This document shows positions 20,238 through 31,037 of a DNA stretch of 64,000 bases, piece after piece. The notes beneath the pieces were generated by a model, which made no database searches, was not told where the DNA came from, and saw only the letters and a program-made list of their open reading frames with translations. Source of the DNA: Aulosira sp. ZfuVER01 (GTDB taxonomy: Bacteria > Cyanobacteriota > Cyanobacteriia > Cyanobacteriales > Nostocaceae); NCBI GenBank assembly GCA_034530615.2, contig JAVRCV020000003.1:1-64000 (forward strand), read 5' to 3'. The position numbers and the translations under genes were made by a program. Position 1 is the first letter of the stretch. The number at the start of each line of letters is the position of its first letter.

Positions 20238-20450
20238 TCACCCACCACCAACAATGGTGACAACTTCCAAGCGATCGCCTTGTTGCACTTTTGTTTCATT
20301 CCAAAATTGGCGGTGTAAAATCTCGCCATTATACTCTACTGCTACTAAGCGGGGATTGAAACCAAGTTGTTGGAGTAATTCTGGTAAAGGAGTTTGGGAT
20401 GAACAGCTATGGCTCTCTCCATTTACCTGAAGTGTAATTTGATTAGACAT
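20238..20450 (-). CDS. thiS: sulfur carrier protein ThiS
   Basis: 70 aa with VAVEYNGEI and C-terminal VGGG; downstream of thiE. Confidence 0.96.
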   Translation of the reverse strand: MSNQITLQVNGESHSCSSQTPLPELLQQLGFNPRLVAVEYNGEILHRQFWNETKVQQGDRLEVVTIVGGG

Positions 20451-20558
20451 AAATTGTCACAAATGCATTTCAAACAATTGGGAATTTTATAAAAATTCTG
20501 AGCAGCAAAAGCTACTACTCAGAATTTTAGTGATTTTGAATTTTAAATTTTGAGTTAT

Positions 20559-21677
20559 TCAAGATTCTGGTTTAATGCGATTTAATTGCGAGAGCAAATA
20601 TTGTGCCACCAAGGTGGGTTGTTCTGCTTGCATGAGCGATCGCACTACCGCTACACGTTTTGCACCTGCATCAATCACGTCATTGATATTATTTGCATCT
20701 ATGCCGCCAATTGCAAACCAGGGAATAGAGCAATTTTTGGCAGCATAGCTGACATATTCTAAGCCTGCGGCTGGCTTACCTGCCTTTGTTGGTGTTTCAT
20801 AAACTGGCCCGACACCAATATAATCAGCACCTTCCGCTATTGCTGCTTGCATTTCTTCTAAATTTGTGGTGGAACGTCCGATGAGGCGATGGGAACCGAG
20901 TAATTGTCTGGCGATGTCAATGGGCATATCTTGCTGTCCTAGATGCACGCCATCTGCATCTACCGCCAAAGCCAGATCTACACGGTCATTAATAATGAAA
21001 AGAGCGCCGTAGAGATGGCATAGCTGTCGCAGTTTTTTAGCTTGTTCTAGACGAATAGCATCATCAGCAGTTTTGTCACGGTATTGTAACAAAGTCAATC
21101 CACCTTTGAGTGTAGCTTCCACAGTTGTCAATAGATTTTCTGACGGTGAGGTAACTAGATACAGACGCGATCGCCACAGCAGTTGATGGCGCTGATAACC
21201 CAATAAATTGCTTTCTAAGGTGTAAACTTGATACCGCATCTGCTTAAATGCTTTACCCATCTCAGAGTGATAAAGTTTACCGTATTCTTCTAGCACCCGC
21301 ATTGCTTCTTGCACGCGACAAAAGTTAGCTTGCAACACGGCTTTGATGCTAGTGCGTTGCTCCTCTTGGGGATGTGTTAACTCCGTACCAGTATCCCCTG
21401 GTGTATCTCGTGCTGCTCTTATTTCCGCTGTATGCCAGTTAGCTACCTCTTGTCGCAGATGCTTGCATTCCCCAGTCAACTGAGAATTATTTAACCCAAA
21501 GCGACACCATTCTTCGATAATTCGCAAACCCTCACGAGCGCGATCTAAATTAGCATCTAAAATTCGGTAGACAACTTGCTGCATCTGCTGTGTTTGGCTG
21601 TATGGATCGACCATTACAACAACCCCATTCCTGCTTTCATCAAAAGACGGAAAATCAACTACTCTAGTAATTGTCAT
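20559..21677 (-). CDS. thiE: thiamine-phosphate synthase with cyanobacterial N-terminal extension
   Basis: RILDANLDRAREGLRIIEE, QYRDK, INDRVD, GVHLGQQD, GPVYETPTK and FAIGGI. The true start is probably nearer 21614. Confidence 0.96.
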   Translation of the reverse strand: MTITRVVDFPSFDESRNGVVVMVDPYSQTQQMQQVVYRILDANLDRAREGLRIIEEWCRFGLNNSQLTGECKHLRQEVANWHTAEIRAARDTPGDTGTELTHPQEEQRTSIKAVLQANFCRVQEAMRVLEEYGKLYHSEMGKAFKQMRYQVYTLESNLLGYQRHQLLWRSRLYLVTSPSENLLTTVEATLKGGLTLLQYRDKTADDAIRLEQAKKLRQLCHLYGALFIINDRVDLALAVDADGVHLGQQDMPIDIARQLLGSHRLIGRSTTNLEEMQAAIAEGADYIGVGPVYETPTKAGKPAAGLEYVSYAAKNCSIPWFAIGGIDANNINDVIDAGAKRVAVVRSLMQAEQPTLVAQYLLSQLNRIKPES

Positions 21678-21710
21678 TTATAAAATTGCTATTTTTACTA
21701 GAAATTTACT

Positions 21711-22982
21711 ATGCACTCAAAACATAAGAGTAGCAAGGATTCTATCAAATTAGCAGATATACGTGTCGGTTCAGATAAAGGTAGTTTAAGGCTACAGTTC
21801 AGCACTCGCATTAGCCAGAAGTTCTACAGCAAGCGACAAGCTTATAAAGGACTGGGGAGGAGAGACACCCCAGAAAATCTGCAATGGGCAAATCAAATCG
21901 CAGCACAGATACAAGCTGATATCGATCGCACAGATGGTAGCTCATTCGATCCAACACTCGCTAAATATCTAGAAATTAAGCAACTCACAACAATTAACCA
22001 GTTCAGCAATCCTCCACAACCACCTAAATTAGGACAATTATGGCATGAGTTTGTTGATTGGAAATTGCAAACAAAGCAGATCCAAAAAAGTACCTATAAA
22101 AAAAATTTTATTGTTTACCACAATCTAATTAAAGAATTTTTAGACTTAGAATTAAATCTTGATACTGCCAATAGCTTAATTCAGCACTTATTACTAAAGC
22201 AAAGTAACTTACAACAAATAAAAAAGCTATTTTGTTTGCTGAGTAATATGTGTCAACGGGCTATTAGTAATCAGCAATTAACGGCAGATTATTTTATAGA
22301 AATCAAAAAAACTTACAATATACCCAAAAAGTCGCAAAAAATCTCAGAATTAGAAGATTATAGAGCTTATAACATCCAAGAAAGAGATTTGATCGTTGAA
22401 TCATTCCGTAATTCTGAGCAAGCCTCTATCAGACATGGTGCTGATTTAATTGAGTTTCTGTTTCTCACTGGTTGCAGACATGGTGAAGTATTCGCTTTGA
22501 AGTGGAAAAATATCCAACTAGAGGAGGGTTGGATATTTTTTAAAGAATCATTTGATAGTAGTGCTGGTATTACTAAAAAATCAAATAATAATACTGAAAG
22601 ACTATTTAAAATTCAAGGGATGAATAGGTTAGTTAATTTATTAACAAGATTATATGCAAACGGCAAAAAGGAAAATGAATTAGTTTTTAGAACTATCGCT
22701 GGCAAGCAATATTCAAGTAATACCCTTACAGATATCTGGACTGGCAATACTGTTGAGGTCAGAGGTAAAGTCTACCACTATCCTGGGGTAGTAAAGAAAT
22801 TAGCCCAAGAGAGAAAACTAGAATATTTAAAACCCTATTCTACACGTCACACTTTTATCAGCATTCAAGCTAATCATGGAGTTGACTTAAAACTACTTGC
22901 TAATAGCTGTGGTAATAGCGTAGAGCATATTATTAAACATTACTTGCATTTTGATAAGAATGCCAGGTTGAAAGATATCTAA
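21711..22982 (+). CDS. tyrosine recombinase/phage-type integrase with N-terminal arm-binding domain
   Basis: LFLTGCRHGEVFALKW, KPYSTRHTF and GNSVEHIIKHY; N-terminal SDKGSLRLQF...FDPTLAKY. Confidence 0.9.
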   Translation: MHSKHKSSKDSIKLADIRVGSDKGSLRLQFSTRISQKFYSKRQAYKGLGRRDTPENLQWANQIAAQIQADIDRTDGSSFDPTLAKYLEIKQLTTINQFSNPPQPPKLGQLWHEFVDWKLQTKQIQKSTYKKNFIVYHNLIKEFLDLELNLDTANSLIQHLLLKQSNLQQIKKLFCLLSNMCQRAISNQQLTADYFIEIKKTYNIPKKSQKISELEDYRAYNIQERDLIVESFRNSEQASIRHGADLIEFLFLTGCRHGEVFALKWKNIQLEEGWIFFKESFDSSAGITKKSNNNTERLFKIQGMNRLVNLLTRLYANGKKENELVFRTIAGKQYSSNTLTDIWTGNTVEVRGKVYHYPGVVKKLAQERKLEYLKPYSTRHTFISIQANHGVDLKLLANSCGNSVEHIIKHYLHFDKNARLKDI

Positions 22983-23144
22983 GAGGATGTTTGAAAAGTC
23001 CCTAATGATGTATCAAATACTTTTAGATCCCCCTAAATCCCCCTTTTTAAGGGGGATTTTGATTCAGTTTTCCCCCTTTTTAAGGGGGGTAGGGGGGATA
23101 AATTAGTATCTAAAATCACAGCTAACCACTTTTAAAACAACCCC
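22983..23144. mobile_element. MITE family C with TAA target duplication
   Basis: 17-bp imperfect TIRs gaggatgtttgaaaagt / acttttaaaacaacccc, with TAA on both sides (22980-82, 23145-47) and internal poly-C/poly-G hairpins. Confidence 0.8.
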
Positions 23145-23179
23145 TAAGAGGATTTATTTATTATGTATGAGAAAACCAC

Positions 23180-23220
23180 AATAAGATTCCCAACTTTTTT
23201 AAAAATTTGGGAATCTTATT
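23180..23220. terminator. hairpin between convergent integrase and sbp genes
   Basis: aataagattcccaa...ttgggaatcttatt. Confidence 0.6.
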
Positions 23221-23262
23221 TTTCAATCAAAAATTAATTGGGTAGTAATCTGAATCATTAAA

Positions 23263-24426
23263 TTAACGTCGCCCACTTTGGATTTTATCGAAGATTGCGC
23301 CATCATCGAAGAATTTCTTCTGGATAGAATCCCAACCTCCTAAATCTCCAACAGTATACAGCCGCGAAATCTTAGGAAACTTTTTCTGTACTTCTTTAGT
23401 TACAGTGGAGTTAACTGGCCGGAACCCAACTTTGGCAAATTCACGCTGCGCTTCTGGAGTGAACAGAAACTTGACGAAAGCTTCAGCAACTGCTCTGTTA
23501 CCGTGCTTATCAACATTTTTATCCACAACTGCTACTGGCGCATCTATAGAAATGTTAGTTGAGGGAACTTCGTAAGAAGTATCTGTCTTACCTTGTTGTG
23601 CTGCTAAAATCACTTCGTTTTCGTAGTTGAGTAAGACATCTCCCTGACCTTTTTTATAAAAAGCGTCGCTGGATTCCCGTGCATCTTTAGGTAAGACAAC
23701 GACATTTTTAAACACCTGGGTAACAAAGTTCCGAGCTTGGGTTTCATTACCACCATTCTTAGCGATCGCTCCCCACAAGGCAAGAAAATTCCATCTAGCA
23801 CCACCTGAAGTTTTGGGGTTAGCCGTTACAATCTTGACTCCTGGTTTGGCTAAATCAGACCAAGTCTTAATCTTTTTCGGATTACCCGCACGGGTTTCTA
23901 GAGCTACTACCGAATGAGTCACAATCGAATTATTGGGGTTTTCCCGTTCCCAACCAGGTTGAATTAAGCCTGCTTGCTCAATTTTTTTGGTATCCAAAGC
24001 CAATGCTAAAGCTACAACATCTGCTGGTAAACCATCAATCACAGCCCGAGTTTGTGATCCTGAACCACCATAGCTTTCCCGCACAATCACATCCTGACCT
24101 TTTTCCCGCTTCCATTTGGCTACAAACTGGGGAATGATTTTGTCATAAGCAGCCTTGGTGACAGCATAGGAAACGAGAGTGATTTCAACTTTCTTACCGT
24201 TTTGGCTTATTAATTGTGTTTTCTGATTAATAGAAGAAGTTTGAGAAGCTGTACTTGCTGCATGAACAGGAATAAGAGTACTAAACCCCAACCCTGCTGC
24301 TAGCACTAGGACAGAGGTTTTAACTGAGGGGAGCTTTATAGATGGAAATAGTTGTTGGACTGTATCTAAAACTTGCAACTTGACTACTTGATTGAATTTC
24401 GACTTTTGATATGGCTGATGAGTCAT
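23263..24426 (-). CDS. sbpA: sulfate ABC transporter substrate-binding protein
   Basis: SYGGSGSQTRAVIDGL, ANPKTSGGARWNFLA and GDVLLNYENE. Confidence 0.92.
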   Translation of the reverse strand: MTHQPYQKSKFNQVVKLQVLDTVQQLFPSIKLPSVKTSVLVLAAGLGFSTLIPVHAASTASQTSSINQKTQLISQNGKKVEITLVSYAVTKAAYDKIIPQFVAKWKREKGQDVIVRESYGGSGSQTRAVIDGLPADVVALALALDTKKIEQAGLIQPGWERENPNNSIVTHSVVALETRAGNPKKIKTWSDLAKPGVKIVTANPKTSGGARWNFLALWGAIAKNGGNETQARNFVTQVFKNVVVLPKDARESSDAFYKKGQGDVLLNYENEVILAAQQGKTDTSYEVPSTNISIDAPVAVVDKNVDKHGNRAVAEAFVKFLFTPEAQREFAKVGFRPVNSTVTKEVQKKFPKISRLYTVGDLGGWDSIQKKFFDDGAIFDKIQSGRR

Positions 24427-24895
24427 GGGATCGTTAATAGCTGGTATATCTGATTAAACATCTAAAAATCTATCGAGATATAGTAGATGCTTTTAAAAAA
24501 GAGAGTATCAGAATGAAACAACATATATCAAGGGGTTTTATCTTAAAAAATACAGTTTCTTTACCAAGAAAGGTGTGTATTTTTTTATTTGCTCAAAATT
24601 TATAAAATATGAATCAAGAGCGACAGATAACCAATATGAATCATCAGCTATTAGCCTGATACATTCCTGTTGAAATCCATGAACTGAATTATGATGATGT
24701 GATAAAAATTTGAAAATTATTTTAGTCAGAGTAGTTGGAATTGCGCATCATACTGTTAAAATCACCATATTCTCTATCGAGAATATGTCGTTTACCTCTT
24801 GCTTTTTTCTAGCAATACCTGCAATTATCTTATATACCATGTGATATACGGTATTTCCATAGAATAACCGTAGATATTGTACAGGAGAGTCTGGA

Positions 24896-26038
24896 ATGAG
24901 TCTGTGGCTGCGCCCCCTGAAGCGATCGCAACTAAACCTTGAACGGATCGCTAAACGTTTGAGGCTAAATTCGCTTAAAGGCTTTGTATCGCTATTTTTG
25001 GCAGGGACATTATTGAGTGTATCCCTTGCAGCCTGTTCTGGTGGAAATGGTAATAATTCTGCCAGTGAAACCCCTGCTGCTAGTCCTGTTGCTGCCAACA
25101 AACAAAATGTTGAATTAACTCTTGTTTCCTTTGCTGTCACCAAAGCAGCCCATGAAGCGATTATTCCTAAATTTGTAGAAAAATGGAAGCAAGAACATAA
25201 CCAAACTGTCACCTTTAAACAAAGCTATGGCGGTTCTGGTTCTCAAACTCGTGCTGTGATAGATGGTTTGGAAGCTGACGTTGTTCACTTGGCGCTGGCT
25301 GGAGATACTCAAAAGATTGAGAAAGCCGGACTAATTCAACCAGGATGGGAAAAGGAAGTTCCCAATGATGGCATTGTCTCTAAATCTGTAGCAGCATTAG
25401 TAACTCGTCCAGGCAATCCCAAAGGTATTAAGACTTGGGCTGATTTAGCAAAAGATGGTGTAAAACTAATTACCGCTGACCCCAAAACTTCAGGGGTTGC
25501 ACGTTGGAATTTCCTTGCCTTGTGGAATTCCGTGATTAAAACTGGTGGAGACGACACTAAAGCTCTTGACTTTGTAACTAAAGTCTATAAGAACGTGCCC
25601 ATCTTAACTAAAGATGCCAGGGAAGCCACAGATGCTTTCTTTAAACAAGGTCAAGGCGATGCCTTAATCAATTACGAAAACGAAATTATTCTGGCAGAGC
25701 AAAAGGGTGAGAAAGTAACTGCTGTTGTCCCTGATGTAAATATCTCCATCGATAATCCGATTGCAGTTGTAGATAAAAACGTTGACAAACACGGTACTCG
25801 TGAAGTCGCCGAAGGTTTTGTGAAATATCTGTACACTCCAGAAGCACAGCAAGAATTTGCAAAATTAGGATTTCGATCTGTAGATGAGACAGTAGCCAAT
25901 AATAAAGAAATTGCAGATAAATTCCCGAAGGTGAAAACTCTGGGCACGGTTAAAGATTTCGGTGGTTGGGATGCCATTAATAAGAAATTTTTTGCAGATG
26001 GTGCAATTTTCGATAAGATTCAAGCCCAAAAGAAATAG
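24896..26038 (+). CDS. sbpA: sulfate ABC transporter substrate-binding lipoprotein
   Basis: Lipobox LAAC, SYGGSGSQTRAVIDGL and DPKTSGVARWNFLA; directly upstream of cysT. Confidence 0.93.
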   Translation: MSLWLRPLKRSQLNLERIAKRLRLNSLKGFVSLFLAGTLLSVSLAACSGGNGNNSASETPAASPVAANKQNVELTLVSFAVTKAAHEAIIPKFVEKWKQEHNQTVTFKQSYGGSGSQTRAVIDGLEADVVHLALAGDTQKIEKAGLIQPGWEKEVPNDGIVSKSVAALVTRPGNPKGIKTWADLAKDGVKLITADPKTSGVARWNFLALWNSVIKTGGDDTKALDFVTKVYKNVPILTKDAREATDAFFKQGQGDALINYENEIILAEQKGEKVTAVVPDVNISIDNPIAVVDKNVDKHGTREVAEGFVKYLYTPEAQQEFAKLGFRSVDETVANNKEIADKFPKVKTLGTVKDFGGWDAINKKFFADGAIFDKIQAQKK

Positions 26039-26228
26039 TAATTAGTTATTAGTTATTAGTCATTTGTAATCACACAAGACAAATGACTAATGACCAATGA
26101 AAACTACTATGCATTGCATAATTTTTAGATATCTTCAGTTATTTACACTTAGGATGATTAGACATCACAGGATACCTACCAAACTTGAGTTTTACAATTT
26201 TGAAATTTAGCTTTTGCAATTTTTGACT

Positions 26229-27098
26229 ATGACTCTATCTCCCCCTGTAGAAATTGACCGTAAAACTCCGTTCTGGAAGACTTTCCTGGAGAAATTCCGT
26301 CAAATTCCCTGGACTTGGCGCATCACTTTGGTATACCTAACAGTAATGTTGTTTGTCCCGATAGCGGCGATGTTTTTGAAAGCAAGTACAGAACCGCCAG
26401 CGCGATTTTGGGCGATCGCTACTAGTGATATCGCTCTAGCAACATATAATGTTACATTTGTTACTTCGTTGGCAGCGGCTCTGCTCAATGGCGTATTTGG
26501 GACTTTGATTGCTTGGGTGATGGTGCGCTATGACTTTCCTTTAAAACGCATCATTGATGCCACCATAGATTTACCATTTGCCTTACCAACCTCGGTAGCA
26601 GGCCTAACACTAGCAACAGTATATAGTGATAATGGCTGGATTGGTTCCCTATTAGCACCGTTAGGCATTAAGGTATCTTTCACTCGCTTGGGCGTATGGG
26701 TGGCAATGATATTTATCTCGCTACCCTTTGTTGTGCGGACAGTGCAACCTGTACTTCAGGAAATGGAACATGAAATTGAAGAAGCCGCTTGGTCTTTAGG
26801 TGCTTCTCAATGGCAAACTTTTTGGAAAGTAATTTTACCGCCTTTATTTCCCACAATTTTGACTGGTATTGCCTTGGGTTTCTCGCGTGCAGTGGGAGAA
26901 TATGGCTCTACTGTAATTATTTCTTCTAATACACCCTACCAAGATTTGATTGCACCCGTACTAATTTTCCAGAGACTAGAGCAGTATGACTATTCTGGTG
27001 CAACTGTGATCGGCGTAGTTTTACTGGGAATTTCCTTGGTGCTACTTCTAGCAATTAATTTCTTACAAGCGTGGTCAAGAAGATATGACAGTAAATGA
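26229..27098 (+). CDS. cysT: sulfate ABC transporter permease CysT
   Basis: [33 protein letters not shown] and [10 protein letters not shown]. Confidence 0.95.
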   Translation: MTLSPPVEIDRKTPFWKTFLEKFRQIPWTWRITLVYLTVMLFVPIAAMFLKASTEPPARFWAIATSDIALATYNVTFVTSLAAALLNGVFGTLIAWVMVRYDFPLKRIIDATIDLPFALPTSVAGLTLATVYSDNGWIGSLLAPLGIKVSFTRLGVWVAMIFISLPFVVRTVQPVLQEMEHEIEEAAWSLGASQWQTFWKVILPPLFPTILTGIALGFSRAVGEYGSTVIISSNTPYQDLIAPVLIFQRLEQYDYSGATVIGVVLLGISLVLLLAINFLQAWSRRYDSK

Positions 27099-27960
27099 GC
27101 CAAGTTTTCACTCATCTACAAATAATAAAAATGTAGTCAAGCCGAGAAAATCTCAGAGTTGGGTTCCAACACTTTTGATTGGAATTGCGATCGCTTATTT
27201 AGCTTTAGTTCAATATATCCCAGCACTCAACGTTTTTATCCAAGCCTTCAGCAAAGGGGTTGGCCCATTCCTTTCTAACTTGAGCCGTCCAGCCTTTACC
27301 CATGCAGCTTGGCTAACACTGTTACTAGCAGTCATAGCTGTCCCGATTAATGCAGTTTTTGGATTGTGTGCAGCTTGGGCGATCGCTCGTCATAATTTCC
27401 GTGGGAAGGCTGTAGTCTTAAGTATTATTGACCTACCCTTTTCGATCTCACCCGTAGTTGCGGGATTAATGATTGTTCTTCTCTATGGGCGAAATGGGTG
27501 GTTTGGCCCTTGGCTGCAAGCACATGATATTCAAATTATCTTTGCCTTCCCAGGTATGGTACTGGCTACGGCGTTCGTGAGTATGCCCTTTGTCGCCAGA
27601 GAAGTAATTCCTGTTTTAGAGGAGTTTGGCAAGGATCAAGAAGAAGCAGCTAGAACACTCGGCGCAAACGATTGGCAAACATTTTGGCGCGTTACCCTAC
27701 CTAGTATTCGCTGGGGCTTACTCTACGGCTTAATTCTCACCAATGCGAGAGCAATGGGCGAATTTGGCGCAGTTTCCGTAGTATCTGGCAATATTGCTGA
27801 TAAAACTCAGAGCTTACCACTATTTGTGGAAGATGCTTACAAACAGTATGAAACTGAAGCTGCATTCTCCGCCGCTGTACTATTAGCGCTGCTAGCAGTA
27901 GTCACATTGGTGTTGAAGGAGATTTTAGAACGAAAGACCCGCATTAAAGATGTGGAATAA
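27085..27960 (+). CDS. cysW: sulfate ABC transporter permease CysW
   Basis: [21 protein letters not shown] and [15 protein letters not shown]. Confidence 0.95.
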   Translation: MTVNEPSFHSSTNNKNVVKPRKSQSWVPTLLIGIAIAYLALVQYIPALNVFIQAFSKGVGPFLSNLSRPAFTHAAWLTLLLAVIAVPINAVFGLCAAWAIARHNFRGKAVVLSIIDLPFSISPVVAGLMIVLLYGRNGWFGPWLQAHDIQIIFAFPGMVLATAFVSMPFVAREVIPVLEEFGKDQEEAARTLGANDWQTFWRVTLPSIRWGLLYGLILTNARAMGEFGAVSVVSGNIADKTQSLPLFVEDAYKQYETEAAFSAAVLLALLAVVTLVLKEILERKTRIKDVE

Positions 27961-28202
27961 AATGCAGTTGTTGATGGTTGGTTTGACTTGAAATTACAAA
28001 GAACAGATGCACAAATTCAAAGTGCATTGAACCATCTGAATGATTTGCTCTGCAAGTATGGGATGACACAAACACAGCTAATTGGTAAGGTTGCTTGCTT
28101 GATGGCTGCTTTCTATTACCCCATCCTCCTCAATGATGAGGGGGATAATTTTTTGGTTTATTTTTCTTAGAAGACCAGTTATATCATGTCTTCTTGAGGA
28201 GT

Positions 28203-29213
28203 TCATATTGAACTAGCAGTCTCCCTAACAGCTTCTCGCAGCCTTTCCACATCGCGCATCGGTGGTGCACCAAACATTCGCTTATATTCCCGGTTGAAGT
28301 GCGAAGCATCGTCATAACCCACACGGTAGGCAGCACTGGTAGCGTCAAGGTTTTCCCCCAGCAGCAGCCGACGAGCCTCCTGGAGCCGCAGTTGCTTCTG
28401 GAACTGCAAAGGACTCATTGCAGTGACAGACTTGAAGTGATGATGGAAGCCTGAGACACTCATTCCTAGCTCTCGGGCAATACTTTCAATCCGCAGCGGC
28501 TGATTAAAGTCTTTACGAAGTCGCTCAACGGCAAGAGCGATGTGGTGGGTGTAGCCACTTAGAACTGCAATATGACGGAGCCGACTACCTTGCGCTCCCA
28601 TCAGGAGTCGGTAAATGATTTCCCGTGCGAGCAGTGGCATCAGAACCCGAGCTTCGCTGGGAGAGTCCAGAAGCCGAACAAGCCTGACTACAGCATCTAG
28701 CAGCGGCGCATCCAATGGACTCACATCGATCGCTTTAACATTGGCACCCCTTTGGAGTGAGGGATAGCCCGCCTCAACCATGACTGAACCGACCAGGGTA
28801 GGGTCGAGATCGAGGCGAAGACTAAGAAACGGTTGCTCCTTGGACGCTTGGAGAATTTGGCTGATAATTGGCAGTTCGACTGTAGCCAGCAGATAATGCA
28901 TTGGATCGTACTGATAGCGATCGCTGCCCAGAAGAACTTCTTTGCTGCCCTGAGCAATTACACAAAAGGCAGGTACAGAGACATCATGAACGCATTCCCC
29001 AGGTGAGGAGGTGCGTTTAAAGTGCAAACCTTTGAGCGGCTCAATTGCCCCATCATGACGAATAGCCTGTGCAATCCGCTCTTTCAGTTCCTCTCTGTTG
29101 GCTTGCGTTCTGTCTGTCTCGCGCTTTGCCTGCGAGTCGTTCATTAAATCCATATCAGACTTTTCAATTGTTTTGACAGCGTTCATTTCTAAGTTTGCAG
29201 GATCGTACAACAA
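28203..29213 (-). CDS. AraC-family regulator (YqhC-like)
   Basis: CVIAQGSK, REIIYRLL, HFKSVTAMSPLQFQKQLRLQEARRLL and VGYDDASHFNREYKRMFG. The start may be further downstream. Confidence 0.93.
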   Translation of the reverse strand: MLYDPANLEMNAVKTIEKSDMDLMNDSQAKRETDRTQANREELKERIAQAIRHDGAIEPLKGLHFKRTSSPGECVHDVSVPAFCVIAQGSKEVLLGSDRYQYDPMHYLLATVELPIISQILQASKEQPFLSLRLDLDPTLVGSVMVEAGYPSLQRGANVKAIDVSPLDAPLLDAVVRLVRLLDSPSEARVLMPLLAREIIYRLLMGAQGSRLRHIAVLSGYTHHIALAVERLRKDFNQPLRIESIARELGMSVSGFHHHFKSVTAMSPLQFQKQLRLQEARRLLLGENLDATSAAYRVGYDDASHFNREYKRMFGAPPMRDVERLREAVRETASSI

Positions 29214-29492
29214 TCTTAGACGATTGTTCTATTGCTTGCCTTTCAGGATTCATAGAATGAAGCTAAAGCAATGAAAAATGATTCCGGCTGCTTGTAAGCA
29301 TTCTAGATTTTTATTCAAGAGAAAACTCAGCTTTGATGGGGCAAGAAATTCGTCTACTGACAACCAAAATGGCGTCAAGGCTACCTTGCTTCTTAAAAAA
29401 TTCCCATCCCTACTGATAGAGGAAGCGATAAGTACTCAATCTCTACGATTGGGCTAGCCACCGAAATAGCCTCAAGTGAAGGAATTAAGCAA

Positions 29493-29903
29493 ATGGACAT
29501 CAAAAGAAGTGGCTCACAGCCTTCTGCCAAAGGGCCGACCGAGTATTTTATCGGCACTGTCCGCATTGACCCCCTGTTCGAGGCACACGATCCAGCACGC
29601 ACATCTGGTGCTAGTGTCACATTCGAGCTTGGTGCTAGGACAGCATGGCACACCCACCCGTTGGGACAGACCCTGATCGTGACGGTTGGCTGCGGCCTTG
29701 CACAACGCTGGGGCGGAGCGATCGAGCAAATTCGACCCGGAGACGTAATCTGGTTCGCGCCGGGTGAGAAGCATTGGCACGGTGCGACCCCAACCACAGC
29801 GATGACGCACATCGCCATTCAGGAATGGCTTGACGGCAAGCCTGTGGGCTGGCTGGAACAGGTCAGTGATGAGCAATACCAGACATCAAACGTAAACCAA
29901 TAG
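29493..29903 (+). CDS. cupin domain protein
   Basis: [16 protein letters not shown] and [12 protein letters not shown]-like aagga upstream. Confidence 0.9.
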   Translation: MDIKRSGSQPSAKGPTEYFIGTVRIDPLFEAHDPARTSGASVTFELGARTAWHTHPLGQTLIVTVGCGLAQRWGGAIEQIRPGDVIWFAPGEKHWHGATPTTAMTHIAIQEWLDGKPVGWLEQVSDEQYQTSNVNQ

Positions 29904-29914
29904 AGCATCTATTT

Positions 29915-30964
29915 ATGTACAACACGAAAGCTTATGCCGCAGCCAGTGCAACATCACCCCTGGCCTCTACCCAAATCAAGCGGCGCGATCTAAATGAACA
30001 CGACGTTCAGATCGAAATCCTCTTCTGTGGTATCTGTCACTCCGATCTCCATTCAGTGCGGAACGAGTGGGGCGGCGCGGTCTATCCGATGGTTCCCGGT
30101 CATGAGATCGTGGGACGTGTCACGGAGGTTGGCTCGGCAGTTACGAAGTACAAACCCGGCGATCTGGCGGCGATCGGCTGTATGGTCGATTCGGATTTGA
30201 CCTGCCCCCATTGCAAGGCTGGACTTGAGCAGTTTTGCCAAAATGTAATCCTCACCTACAACTCCCCAGACAAGCACCTGGGAGGAGTCACTTATGGGGG
30301 CTACTCCAATAGCATTGTTGCCGATGAACGTTTCGTTCTGCGCGTCCCAGACAATCTCGACCTGGCTGGAGTTGCACCACTCCTTTGCGCTGGGATTACA
30401 ACTTATTCACCCTTGCGCCACTGGGGAGTTACTGAGGGCAAAAAGGTTGGTGTGGTTGGTCTTGGTGGGCTGGGGCACATGGGCGTGAAGTTCGCCCATG
30501 CGTTTGGTGCTCACGTCGTTGCCTTCACCACCTCGCCTGACAAGACGGAAGACGCGCTTCGCCTCGGTGCTGATGAAGTGGTCGTCTCCCGCAATGCCGA
30601 CGAAATGCAGAAGCACGCGGGCAGCTTCGATTTCATCCTTGACACCGTCTCCGCCAAGCACGACATCAATGCCTACCTCAACCTGCTCCGCCTCGATGGC
30701 AACATCACCCTGGTCGGCGCACCCGAAAAGCCCCTGGATGTTGCAGCATTTAGCCTGATTATGGCTCGCCGCAGTCTCTCCGGCTCTAGCATCGGTGGCA
30801 TCCCCGAAACCCAGGAGATGCTTGACTTTTGCGGCGAACACAACATCACTGCCGATGTCGAAGTTATTCCCATCCAGAAGGTCAATGAAGCTTACGATCG
30901 CCTGCTCAAATCCGATGTAAAGTACCGCTTCGTGATTGATATGGCGTCCCTGAAATCAGAATAA
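29915..30964 (+). CDS. Zn-dependent NAD(P)H alcohol/aldehyde dehydrogenase (YahK/CAD-like)
   Basis: CGICHSD, GHE, APLLCAGITTYSPL, GLGGLGHMG and DVKYRFVID. Confidence 0.95.
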   Translation: MYNTKAYAAASATSPLASTQIKRRDLNEHDVQIEILFCGICHSDLHSVRNEWGGAVYPMVPGHEIVGRVTEVGSAVTKYKPGDLAAIGCMVDSDLTCPHCKAGLEQFCQNVILTYNSPDKHLGGVTYGGYSNSIVADERFVLRVPDNLDLAGVAPLLCAGITTYSPLRHWGVTEGKKVGVVGLGGLGHMGVKFAHAFGAHVVAFTTSPDKTEDALRLGADEVVVSRNADEMQKHAGSFDFILDTVSAKHDINAYLNLLRLDGNITLVGAPEKPLDVAAFSLIMARRSLSGSSIGGIPETQEMLDFCGEHNITADVEVIPIQKVNEAYDRLLKSDVKYRFVIDMASLKSE

Positions 30965-31037
30965 CCGAGCTTTCACCTCGGCTGATTGGCAAATCCGCTC
31001 TTGCAGAACTCAGAAGTGACTCAACAAAAAGAAGAAG

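Noticed and set aside
20451..21710. TPP riboswitch near thiE/thiS
   Set aside because: No TPP aptamer consensus seen; only a simple hairpin at about 20492-20528.
27988..28170. 60-aa ORF after cysW as a possible cysA remnant
   Set aside because: TTG start and no ABC ATPase motifs; cannot be supported as a gene.
28914..28930. 17-bp match between CRISPR spacer 15671-15709 and the araC gene (tgggcagcgatcgctat, reverse strand), suggesting self-targeting
   Set aside because: Covers under half the spacer, is centred on the abundant HIP1 octamer, and the flanks do not match.
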